DNA from: Octopus sinensis | Taxonomy: Eukaryota | DNA: 64,000 nt | Direction of reading: 5' to 3' | Assembly (NCBI RefSeq): GCF_006345805.1 | Contig: NC_043013.1 | Location: forward strand, 37,758,001-37,822,000 | In this document: one piece after another, positions 50,170-62,830 of the stretch | Layout of the letters: each line of letters starts with the position of its first letter | Position numbering within the stretch: position 1 is the first letter of the stretch | Made by a program: the position numbers and the translations under genes | Notes under the pieces: model-generated | The model's input: the letters and a program-made list of their open reading frames with translations, nothing else | The model's database searches: none | What the model was told of the DNA's origin: nothing

Positions 50170-50405
50170 CATAATAGGGTAAATTACTGCTATAAATATT
50201 TACGTTGTCTCAATTTCCAAATTAATGCCGAATCCCATAAATTAATTACGAAAGACATTAATATCTAAAACACAGCTTGAAATACTCCGACCACGTTCTT
50301 GATTATTCTTCAAGCACCAATTTTTGGTTAGTTCATAATAACTTTTAAGCAAGCATCTAAGGAGCCAATCAGCATTCTGGAACCGCTTACAGGTATTACT
50401 TGTGG
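50170..50405 (+). repeat. Unclassified dispersed repeat, copy 1 (copy 2 at ~58705-58945)
   Basis: ctataaa.atttac.ttgt..cataaatta...cattaatatctaaaacacagcttgaa.ta.tcc..cca..ttagttcat is shared between the two loci. Confidence 0.75.
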
Positions 50406-50676
50406 CCATACATATACACAAGCGCACCTATCAATTATACATGCAAATACGCATACATCCGTATACACACATAAGCATAAGTATGTGTCTTGGTGTGCGT
50501 GTGTGTGTGCTTGTGCTTGTGTGTGTGAGTGAATTTGAAGTTAGCAGAAAACATCACAATTTATTCGAGTCGAGGTGTACACACAACCGAATCCCCCAGC
50601 CTCAAATTATTAGTATTCACAATTTTTTAAAAAATTGATATATATGTCTTAATATTATTGATTTAAAATAATCGTG

Positions 50677-50699
<23 letters not shown>

Positions 50700-50719
<20 letters not shown>

Positions 50720-50931
50720 TTGTGTGTGTGTATTTGTCCCCCTAGCATTGCTTGACAGCCGATGCTGGTGTGTTTACGTCCCCGTCACTTAGCGGCTCGG
50801 CAAAAGAGACCGATAGAATAAGTACTGGGCTTACAAAGAATAAGTCCCGGGGTCGATTTGCTTGACTAAAGGCGGTGCTCCAGCATGACCGCAGTCAAAT
50901 GACTGAAACAAGTAAAAGAGTAAAAGAGTAA

Positions 50932-50932
<1 letters not shown>
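50700..50932 (+). mobile_element. SINE family B 3' half
   Basis: Near-identical to 46980-47174, including the gtaaaagagtaaaagagta tail. Confidence 0.9.
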
Positions 50933-50973
<41 letters not shown>

Positions 50974-51020
50974 GAGAGAGAGAGATAGATATATCTATCT
51001 ATCTATATATATATTTATGC

Positions 51021-52260
51021 ATGAACATCGGTTCAACATCAGCCGCCTTCCAAATAAAAAACGGGGTAAAGCAAGGTTGTGTCCTCGCTCCTACATTGTT
51101 TGGCATCTTCTTCTTACTTTCACATGCGTTTCAGACATCAGATGATGGAGTGTTTCTGCACAGTAGAAGTGACGGGAAACTGTTCAATCTCTCGCGCCTG
51201 CGTGCCAAGACCAAAATCAGAAACGTCCTGATCAAGATGTTATTTGCTGATGATGCCGCTCTGGTAACACACACTGAATAAGCCCTCCAAAGGCTCATTA
51301 ACTGTTTTGAGCAAGCATGTAACGACTTTGGCTTAGCTATCAGCCTTAAGAAGACCAACATCATGGGCCAGGCTACATCGGACATCCCAAACATACATAT
51401 TGAAGACCATAGATTACAAGAGGTGGAGAAGTTTACCTATCTGGGCTCTACCGTCACCTACAACCTATCCCTTGACGCTGAGCTCAATATACGCATTGGC
51501 AAGGCAGCTGCTGCGATGGACCAGCTCTCCAAACGGGCTTGGGACAACAATAAGCTGACCAAGACCACGAAAATGAAGATCTACCAGGCATGTGTACTCA
51601 GCACTCTACTGTATGGAAGTGAGACCTGGACGCTATACACACGCCAAGAGCGTCGCCTAAACATCTTTCACCTGCGCTGCCTCCGAAAAATCCTCCGCAT
51701 CAAATGGCAGAATCATATCCCCAATAAAGATTTCCTCAGGCAAGCAGGAATACCAAGCATGTTTGCACTCCTCACACAAAGACGTATGAGATGGCTTGGG
51801 CATGTTAGCCGTATGAAAGATGGCAGAATCCCCAAGGACATACTCTACGGAGAGCTTGCTAGGGGTACTAGGTCTGTGGGTAGACCGATCTTACGTTACA
51901 AGGATGTTTGCAAAAGGGACATGAAGGCCTGCAACATCAATATTAGCGGTTGGGAGGCAGTTGCCGGCAACCGTGGAGAATGGCGACGTACCGTAAAAGA
52001 GGGAATACAAAGGAGTGACAGAGAGAGAGAGGAGAAACGGAAAGAAAGGAAGAGACGTAAACAAGAGACTATGGCACTACAACCAGCCAGGAACAGTCTT
52101 CGCTACATTTGCGGTACCTGCCAGAGGGAGTGTTTCTCCAGGATAGGACTACACAGCCACAGCAGGAAATGTATCAGGACATGAAATATAAAAGCCGGAC
52201 TAGACTACTTCATGCGCAACTCCATTGTCTCCCGAGACAGAAAGGATGCCAACCAACCAA
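51021..52260 (+). mobile_element. RTE-clade LINE, 5'-truncated; RT C-terminal half to 3' end nearly intact
   Basis: NGVKQGCVLAPTLFGIFF..LFNLSRLRAKTK..MLFADD; one in-frame TAA at 51279-51281 (ORFs 50955-51281 and 51363-52184 share a frame); FTYLGS, LLYGSETW, RWLGHVSRM.DGRIPKDILYGEL, terminal C..C..IGL.SH..C; tail cgagacagaaaggatgcc(aacc)n. Confidence 0.95.
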
Positions 52261-52521
52261 ATATATATATATATATATATATACACATTTGTACATATAT
52301 ATATATATATAAACATACACGCACACACGTACATACATACCCATGACAGGATCTGTAAAAATCTATAAAACCTTCCAGAACTTTGTCATCTAAGTACATA
52401 TGAGTATGTCAAGACATGCAGCTATATGCGTGAGAAGACATGCAGAAAAAAAATTTACAAATCTACACGTATACATACATACGTACATATATACATATAC
52501 ATACATACATACATACATACA

Positions 52522-52555
<34 letters not shown>

Positions 52556-53771
52556 CATGCATACATATATACATACATACATGGATGCGTTCATACATAC
52601 ATATGTAGCCTGTTGATGTTGAAATTCCAGCGAAAGAGCCTTGGATATATGTCAGAAACCGGGTTCTATCTATTCGCAACAAATCTTGAAATAAATTGCT
52701 TTATGACATACATATAGACACACATATACATACATTGAAACATGCGTAGATATAATAGGTGACACAAACGTGTTTCTGCAAATTAGTTGCATGGAAACAA
52801 GAACTATATATAAAACAATACGCCTACACCCGCCTTATATCCCCTTTTAATATTAGATACGAACACACCTAGATTATATCCATTTCGAAATATAGAATCC
52901 TTAGGTAAGAAGAATTTTACAAAAAATCAACTTCCTTCATTATATCTGAAATATATGTTCGTCTTTTGGAGCGACGACGACCATATAGTTATCCTTATCA
53001 TCCGTGATCATCTTTAATGCAGTAGCAAAACTATGTCAAGAGGACTTGGGATGGAGACGTATATTGTAGTGGATGACCAAGGTGTCGTGCATAGCTTAAT
53101 TTATTCTCAGCACTTCACAACGCATTGCTGCAGTTGTCCTCCCCTCCATTGAGCCATATATGTTTCTTCATCAAATTCTGCTGGATCTGCTCTTGATATG
53201 CATAGGTAAGCAAGCCCCCAAAATATATACATATATATAAATTGCTACAAACTGCACTAACATGTACAGCTTTAGCCGTTCTTCATTTCAGTTTTATCCT
53301 TGTCCTTATTTTTGTGATCTTTGTCTGAAATCTTTAGTCACACACCCTGTGACCTCTCCAGTGACTAAGCAGAATAGGAGGAGACGTGGGATGGAGAGTC
53401 ACAGAAGGAATCACAGGATATGCGGAACGAATATATAGAGCGTGTGTTTATTTGGCAAAACTGACATGGCCATCTCGAAATATGATAACATCTGTTTCAA
53501 TACACACTTCACATCAGGCACCTTGCAAGACAAAAGCATAAATGGAAAATTTTTAAATGGAATTTCCAAGATGAGAGCAAATTAAATTCTGTCGAAATAG
53601 GATAGCTATGGATCGAATGTGTCAATATTACTCCGATATTGTTACATCGATGTATATAAACTACAAACTTCCCCTAAAACTGCCGTAGCCATTTACTGAC
53701 GACTGATGAGGGAATCATACGAAAATATAAACCGCAATTCTTGAGGAACAAAACATATCTATGGATTCATT

Positions 53772-53865
<94 letters not shown>

Positions 53866-53882
53866 GATAGATAGATAGATAT

Positions 53883-53935
<53 letters not shown>

Positions 53936-54178
53936 AACTTGATGTATTCTAAATGTTTCATCGTTTTAGTTACATACATACATACACAAACATACACAAA
54001 CACATACACACACTCATACGTATACAAATATGTATATATACTGGTATATATGTATACATATAGGTATATGTACACACATGCATTTATGGGAATAAATTAA
54101 TATATAAGTTTCTTATTTAAGCGAGTCTCTCCCATTGAGCATGATGTAGCTGATAATTATGTGCATGCGCATAAACAT

Positions 54179-54222
<44 letters not shown>

Positions 54223-55228
54223 TATATATATATATATTTTTATATATATATATTTATATATATGCAAGTATATGTAAGTATATATATATATATATAATAT
54301 ATATATATGCATATATATGTATAATATATGTATATATATATTATTATATGTGCATATACGTGTGTGTTCATACACATATATATCCACACAAACATTCATG
54401 TAAACATATCTACACATAATTTTACCTACACGCACACACTCACACACACACATACACACATACACACACATACACTCACATATACACACGTGCATAACAT
54501 TATGTGTTTTGCAGAATACTTTCCGTTTCCCTAAAGGAACAGTTATCAGGTTACAAGTTCTAATGCTTATTACATGATTAACATTTACGAAGTTAATGTC
54601 TATGAGCGTTTGCGTGTATTCATGTATTCACAAGTTCTTATCCATGTGTTTATACGTGTATTATATTCTACGTTTATATCTGATCTACAAACTTCATTTC
54701 TTTAATGATTTCCAGACATTTCTCCAATGAGATATAATTGGATTATACGCTAACAATTTATACTCGTTCTCATTACAGCTTCTTCGTTTTCACGTTGCCT
54801 TGTTTTATTTTAGGGATTTTTATTCTTTCATTTTTTTAATTCTTTATTACATTTCACTCGATCTTCGAAAATCCGTATATGAGGATTCACCAATCCATAT
54901 CCCCTTATTGTAATGATTAATCCCAAATGAATCTCAAGTTTCAACAAAAAAAAAATAACATAAATTTAGCTTAGAAGTTCGAAGCGGCGTCATGAAAATT
55001 AGTTCCATCATATATTTAGTAAATTGCGTTGAGTGTTGCGGGATTGAAATGGTGGCTATATTTTCTTTTCTTTCTTTCTTTCCTGAGTTTTTTTTCTTCT
55101 TTTAAATGTATACATATATGAAAAAATGCTCGTATCTGTATTCATGTGTGTGTATATATATGTGTGTGTTGTGTGTGTATGTGTGTGTGTGCTTACATAT
55201 ATGAGCATGTAGAAATATGTATGAATAG

Positions 55229-55259
<31 letters not shown>

Positions 55260-55402
55260 ATTTATATATTATACACTTATATATACATATATATCTACAT
55301 ATATACATGCATATATATATACATATATATATACATATATATATATTATATCTATATTAATATACATATATATATACACATATATATAGATATAAATTAT
55401 AT

Positions 55403-55478
<76 letters not shown>

Positions 55479-56010
55479 CATACATATATATATATATAAT
55501 GGATCTTTTTCCTTATGATAGACGGATTCAACACAATTTTCTAGTTAAACTAAACAATTTGAAACTTCGTATAATGGTAGAATGTGTCAAAGAAAACATT
55601 ATTTTCACTTGCTTTTTTGATAAATTTTCTAATTCGTTTTTTTACGTAGTTTAATTTTTCGAATTTTAACCAATCGTATGCTCTCTTTTGAGCTGAATCA
55701 TTTGCTGCGTTATCGATATTGATAAACAACGAGGAGGCATGTGCTAGAAATAACAGCCATATCTCTTATATCAAAGGAAAGATCCACACGCATACAACCT
55801 TGCATATTACAAGCGCGCCTGCATATAGAAGTATATATACGTACACACGCACACATGCACACACAGACAAGTATACATATACATACACAAAGCTACATGC
55901 TTATACGCATATACGCACGCCGCATACACACACACACATATATTCAGATACATACACACGTACACTTGCACACACACATACACTCTATCTGTCTGTCTGT
56001 CTGTCTGTCT

Positions 56011-56059
<49 letters not shown>

Positions 56060-56853
56060 ACAATTTGATGGAGATAAAGGGTGAATTACTAAGCATGCTT
56101 TCAACACGACTGGTTTCGTCTGGTTTTGGAGTATTACCAAGAATCTCTAATCTATTACTTTGGGCTGACTGGGAAAGCTATGCAGTGATAATTATAAAAA
56201 ATTCTATGAGCAACATGCTTCGATTTTACTAATTTCTAAAGCAATGCATTCACTGATGGAATGCATCAGTAATATACCGAGAATGATGTCGATCTTACTA
56301 TCATTATATATATAGGCAATAACCATTTAAAACTAGTCGATCTGTTCTCGGTTTCTTTCATTCTCCATACAGTTTAATCAGAAGTGTCTTGTATCAGGAA
56401 TCTAATTATTGAATACACACTGCCAGCGAATGTACTGAACATAAATGGTTGAAATCTGTGTTTTTATATCTTTAGCATCTTTTTTAGGCACATCTGTTTC
56501 CTCCTATGTCTCAAAAAGATTGGAGTAAACACGCGTGATGGGAGAGGAAAGAAAAACATACGAGATAATACAGCTTTGCTCGAGTTGTTTCAGCGGACAG
56601 AGTCCGTTTGTTCTAACACAGTATCTAACTACATATTAGTTCATATTTATTAAAATTACGCACGTGAAAGACTTATTTATCAAGGGCTCATGTGTATTTG
56701 TGCGGGTGAGGCACACTCTTTGCAGTTATGTGTTTTCGGGTTCGTTTTCATCACGCAGCATATTTGGCACGTATCTTCTAAAGCTCCGGGGCGACTGACC
56801 AATTGTAAATGAAACTGGTCGACGTAAATTGGATGGAGGCCTTCGCATATATC

Positions 56854-57359
56854 TATTAAGTTGAGGAAAAGGTTCTTGCTCCGAATTTGTGCCCAATGGT
56901 CGCACCATCAACGCTGAAGTTTACTGCGAGCAACTTCATCGAATCTACTATCCTCTTGTTGAAAAGCACTTAAGAGTTGTTCGTCGAAAATGCGTTTTGT
57001 TTCAACAAGACAATCCAAGGCTGCATACCGCCAGAAAGACCAGCAACAACATCGAAGAATTAGACGGTGTGGAAGTTCTGCCGCATCCAGACGTTGCTCC
57101 ATCTGACTACGATTTCTTCCGATCAATGCAGCATTTTATGAAAGGTCACCGTTTTGATTCGTTTGATGAAGCTGAAGAAGCCTGTCAAGAATGTTTCGGT
57201 TCAAAGTCGAATGATTGGTTATTTGACCAAATCCGACAGCTTGCAAATCGTTGGCACAAGATCGTGGAAAATGATGGTCTTTATTTTGTTGTTGAATAAA
57301 TTCTTGCATAAAAAATCACTATTTTAACAAAGCGAAAGAACCTTTTCTTCCAACTGGTA
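56854..57359 (+). mobile_element. 506-bp internally deleted mariner with both TIRs
   Basis: 5' TA-ttaagttgaggaaaaggttcttgc; 3' (reverse complement) TA-ccagttggaagaaaaggttctttcgc. ORF 56889-57299 reads TINAEVYCEQL..FQQDN..HTA..PDVAPSDY..W.KIVENDGLYF. Confidence 0.93.
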
Positions 57360-57384
57360 TATATGAATATGTATGTGTTTGTAT

Positions 57385-57585
57385 GTATGTGTGTTTGTCA
57401 CCTCTGTCACCGCTACTTGACAACTGTTGTTGCCTTTTTAACATTTCTGTAACTCATGAACAGATATCATAAGTGCCAAACTTTAAAATAAATTAAGCAC
57501 TGCTGTCGATTTCTTCGGGTAAAACGCTTCAAATGTATGAGCCAACCTGGCTGCAGTCTAATGACTTAAGCAAAAAGAAAAAAAT
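57385..57585 (+). mobile_element. SINE family B 3' half, degenerate
   Basis: cttgacaactgttg..gtcgatttcttcg..gcagtctaatgact.aagcaa.aaaag resembles the family B 3' half. Confidence 0.5.
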
Positions 57586-57922
57586 AAATGATAAATATGT
57601 ATGAGTATTTGCGTATGTAAATATTTGTGTATGTGTATGTGTGTGTTTTCATTTACAAATTAGGTAGAAAAAGGACTCAATATATGTCGTAATGTGCATT
57701 TTCTCGTTTCAAATCAATAATTCAACCCGCAGCTGCTAGGAGATTGCCGTTTTTGCTTCTTCATGCATGGGGTCACATGCAGACAAGCAGAACGGAGACA
57801 CCGTACGCAAAAATCCCACTCAAACTATGTAGCTATTGAATAAATCATCGGTATTACTGAAATATTAATAACAATAATAATAACAATAACACACACACAC
57901 AGGCACACACCACACACACAAC

Positions 57923-57954
<32 letters not shown>

Positions 57955-58161
57955 ATGTATATATATATATACATATTCATACATATATATACAAAGATAC
58001 ATATAAAGACAGATATGTACATACATACACAGATGCTAGCATTTCGTACATTCTTACGTAGATACGTACATATATACTTTCATAGATAAACACCATAAAC
58101 ACACGTCTGAGCGCGTTTCAGAGAGTTATTTTCTGTATGTATATGTATTTTTATATATATG

Positions 58162-58194
<33 letters not shown>

Positions 58195-58704
58195 ATGTAT
58201 GTGTGTGTGTGTATACATATATATATACACACATATATATATAGAGAGAGATACATATATATATATATATGTATATATACAATCTATATACATATATTCA
58301 CACATATATATATGTGTGTGTGTATACGTATGCATGTATAGGTGCGTGTATATATATACACATATATATGGAGATATATACATGCGTACATATATACATA
58401 CATACATTCATGCATGCATACATACATATATACATACATACCATATCTTTATGTGTTTATATGAATTAGTATGACATTTAATGTCTGTGTGTGTGTTTGT
58501 TTGTTTAAATACGCGTGTGGATGAAATTCCGACTAATTTAATTTAATATTTCTTTTATTGAGTAGAAATATTTCATCAAATTATTTTGATAGTTACAAAC
58601 ACCACACTAAACTTTACATTAGTCCCTCGGGTTTAACTGTAAAACTACACCAATTCGCAGCGCATTCGTCTGACTCATATTACCAGCAATATTCACGGTT
58701 AATA

Positions 58705-58945
58705 AACATAGGTCAAAATAGCGCTATAAACATTTACATTGTTTCACTCCCAAAATCAATTCCTGCGTCCATAAATTAGCTATGAAAAGCCATTAATATC
58801 TAAAACACAGCTTGAAGTATTCCAGCCAGATTCTACATAATTCTTCTTAAACCAATTCTTAATTAGTTCATTAAGAGTTTTAAACAAACAACCTAGCTGC
58901 TAATCACTGTACACGGACCACACACTGCTATTATTGGTATTCGCA
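58705..58945 (+). repeat. Unclassified dispersed repeat, copy 2
   Basis: Homologous to 50170-50405. Confidence 0.75.
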
Positions 58946-59084
58946 TGCCTGTACGCACCCACTACTCCGAACACACACACATACACACACAAACACATAC
59001 ACAAAGTAAACACACACGCACACATATATATTTATACAGGCTCTCAAATATTTATAAATACATACCTATATGTATATATATAGG

Positions 59085-59163
<79 letters not shown>

Positions 59164-59209
59164 ATATGTATATATGTGAATATATGTGTGTGTGTGTGTA
59201 TTATCTGTA

Positions 59210-59420
59210 ATTCTTTTACTTGTTTCAGTCATTAGACTGCGGCCACGCTGGGGTACCACCCCGAATAATCTTGAACAAACGAATCTACCTCAGCACATAA
59301 TTTAAGAGCTTGATATCTATTGTAGGGCTTGCTTTCGACGAACCGCAACGTTATGGGGCGTAAGCACATCAACACTAGTAGTCAAGCGGCGGTGGTGGAC
59401 AAATACAGACGAACACACAC
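59210..59420 (-). mobile_element. SINE family B 3' half, degenerate
   Basis: ttttacttgtttcagtcattagactgcggcca matches the reversed tail of family B. Confidence 0.75.
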
Positions 59421-59574
59421 ACACATACACACACATACACACAGACTCACACATGCATACGTAATAAATATATACATATATGTATACATACATACATAGA
59501 TAAACAGATAACCAGACTGACAAACAGACATAGAAGGAAAGATGATAAATAAATAGACAAATATATACATAAAG

Positions 59575-59714
59575 AGGTAGATAGATAGAAAGATAGATAG
59601 ATTGATAGATAGAAAGAAAGAAAGAAAGAAAGAAAGAAATATACATAGATAAATAGATAGATATATAAATAGATAGATATATAGATAGCTAATAAGATAG
59701 ATAGACAGACAGAC

Positions 59715-59783
<69 letters not shown>

Positions 59784-59784
59784 T

Positions 59785-59843
<59 letters not shown>

Positions 59844-59844
59844 C

Positions 59845-59875
<31 letters not shown>

Positions 59876-59882
59876 GATAGAT

Positions 59883-59979
<97 letters not shown>

Positions 59980-59980
59980 C
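59575..59980. repeat. (GATA)n/(GAAA)n microsatellite
   Basis: Directly visible; explains the 214-aa IYLS ORF. Confidence 0.96.
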
Positions 59981-60419
59981 TAAACCTGCAATTTGTCAGT
60001 TGCCGTGTGCCAAATTCACTCACCAAGCTTTGGTCGAGTCGCTGCTATCGTTGAAGTCACATCCCAAGATATCCTGCGTTAAGAGCGAAGTGGGAACCAG
60101 TGTGTATTTAAGAAAAACGGCTCTTCATTGCTTACATATTAAAATATACATATCATACAAAGGCAGAATAGTTTTATTATCTGAAACCTGGTCTCATTCA
60201 TACAAACACATAAAGATCTATAATCAATCAATATACAAAAATTAGAACTCTAAACTTACGCAGAGTATATACACACGAATAAACGAAACCACTAGCAGTA
60301 AAGAATCGGGTTTAGATTGCAAAGCCATTCTATTTCTGTCACTTGTATTTCTGCATAGAGTAACTACTGCAAAATGCTTCGAAGAATATAATTATGATCA
60401 TAGACATATTCAGAGATCT

Positions 60420-60885
60420 TCAAAAAGGTCTTTATAAATATATCACAATACATCCTAAAGCAGAATCCAGCAAATGGCTCAATATATTATGTCGAAAGTA
60501 ATCCAGCATATAGCTCAATATGTATTATGTTTAAGAGAGCTGAACAGCAGAAGGACGCCAGGGACGAAACGCTGTCTCAGGCAAATGTTTTGGTCCCTAA
60601 CTCTTACATTCTACATGGGCCGGGCCGCATTCAGATCACTACAACTGGGTGACCCAGAAATAAAAGATCACGACACCTTCAAACGGAATCTGGACAAATT
60701 TCTTCAAGGGATACCAGATAAGCCTCCTATACCGGGGTACAATTTACTCAGCAATAACTCCCTACTTGAATGGGCCGTGGTACCACAAAACTTGACTTAA
60801 AAAAAGGATTTCGTAAATCTTATCAGGTGGTACTATTAAATTGACCTGGCCTGGGCCAATCTTTGGTCGAAACATATCTAAGTTG
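60420..60885 (+). mobile_element. CR1/L2-group LINE 3' end
   Basis: D..TFKRNLDKFLQGIPDKPPIPGY....NNSLLEW is the characteristic FK..LD.FL..IPD.P...GY....NS C-terminus of invertebrate CR1-group ORF2. Confidence 0.75.
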
Positions 60886-60887
60886 AT

Positions 60888-60931
<44 letters not shown>

Positions 60932-60977
60932 GCATGTATGTATATATTTATGCATGTATGTACATATATATATGAAT

Positions 60978-61011
<34 letters not shown>

Positions 61012-61616
61012 CAAATGTACACACATTCTCACACACGTATATGTATATATATATGCATATACACATACACATGCATATATGGGTACAGGACGTCACCGAC
61101 AGTAAACAACATGAAATTCGAAATCAAATGGTTTTAATAGGCAAACAACGAGAGAAACAAATAGAAAACAGGACAACTAACATAAATAACGACACTTCGT
61201 CAGTTGTCGGCTGTCTATCTATTACTCATTTCGAGCATTGAAGAAAAATATGTGTCTTTCGAAAACGGTTGCTCCTATAAGTAGCAAAATAAAATTTGGG
61301 ATATATGGAAGGTGAAAGTTGGGAACGAAAATCGGACAGTGGAGATGTACAAGGAAACCGAACGAAAACAAACATGAATGGTTGTTATACTAAAACAGCG
61401 AGCGCCAATGAAATATTTTCTTTGGCAAGAGAAAACATAGAATAGAGATAGAAAACGTGCTGTCTTTAAGACAGTCCTGAAAGAAAAGAAAGATATCACG
61501 CGAGAAAAAGAAAAATGGACGATGGTCACACGTGAACAACGTGTGAAATGGAGTATGCTTATATATATATATATATATATAATATAAGAAAGAAGGTTTG
61601 AAAATGCAATTTAAAC

Positions 61617-61668
<52 letters not shown>

Positions 61669-62179
61669 GAACTTACACTAATAAACAAACGGACGCTGAA
61701 TGTCATACTAGATGCACAGACGCACAAATGTACAAACGAACAGAGAATATACACTGGTCACAAATTCCTCATCAGCTGTCGACATCAAACGCAATTTCTT
61801 GCCATCATCGATAATATTACATCCCACCCAGGAGGCAACTAGCAAGAGAACTTGTTTGGAGAAGCGACCTAAACATAAGAAAGCAAGATATCAAGGAGGA
61901 ACGGGAACCCCCAAAAAAAAACGAAAAAATTAACAGAATATGGCCTTAGGGGCTGGCGAAGACAAAATAATTATACTACATATGCTACAAAAACACAATA
62001 CATACGCAACAAAAAATCATCCTTGAGCTAGCAGACACACACATATGTGTGTATGTATGTATGTATGCATGTATGTATGTATGTATATACGTCATTGCTT
62101 ACGATGCATACAAAGGCACTTCATATATATGTATATATACATACACATTATACACATATACACGCACACACATATATAT

Positions 62180-62360
62180 ATATATTATTTTATTCTTTTA
62201 CTTACTTCAGTCATTTGACTTCGGTAATATTCTTTTCTATCGGTCTCTTTTGCCGAATCCACAAATTACGGGGAAGTAAATACACCAACATCTGTTATCA
62301 AGCGATGGTGGCGGGGGCAAACACAGACACACAAATACACACACACACACACATATATAC

Positions 62361-62393
<33 letters not shown>

Positions 62394-62545
62394 TCAGTAT
62401 CCATCTACCAAATCCACTCACAAGGCTTTGGTCGTCCCGAGGTTATTGTAGAAGATACTTATTGAAAGTGCCACGCAGTGCAACTGAACCCAGAACCATG
62501 TAGTTGGTAAGCAAGCTACTTATCACACTGCCACTCCTGCCACTA
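62180..62545 (-). mobile_element. SINE family B with internal deletion
   Basis: Reverse of 46801-47174. Confidence 0.88.
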
Positions 62546-62634
62546 TATATAGATATTTAACTACCAATGTATGAAGCTCTTGGTCCCTGAGTCATTCTGA
62601 CGACTATTATACAACAAAAACTTTCACATAAATA

Positions 62635-62830
62635 TCTATTATATAAAATCCGTTCTGTCTGTGTGTGTCTTCTGGGATCTCGGGCATCCTCCATCCGATT
62701 GCGCTCACATTTGATATGTAGATGCCGACGGTATCAGGGTGTGTATAAGTCTTGAAAAAATTACAGAAATCGATTCCAGGTGAGAATGCGATCGATAAAG
62801 TGAATAAAATCGTTTTTCTTTGGAATAGAA
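62635..62830 (+). mobile_element. Possible non-autonomous Helitron-like 5' end
   Basis: A|TCTATTATATAAAATCC followed by tctgtctgtgtgtgt and ccgatttgcgctcacattt, the layout of metazoan non-autonomous Helitron 5' ends; no 3' hairpin/CTRR found. Confidence 0.4.

Noticed and set aside
53695-53735. CTGATGA...GAAA hammerhead-like motif on the plus strand
   Set aside because: Stems I and II do not pair; at most a dead Penelope-type vestige.
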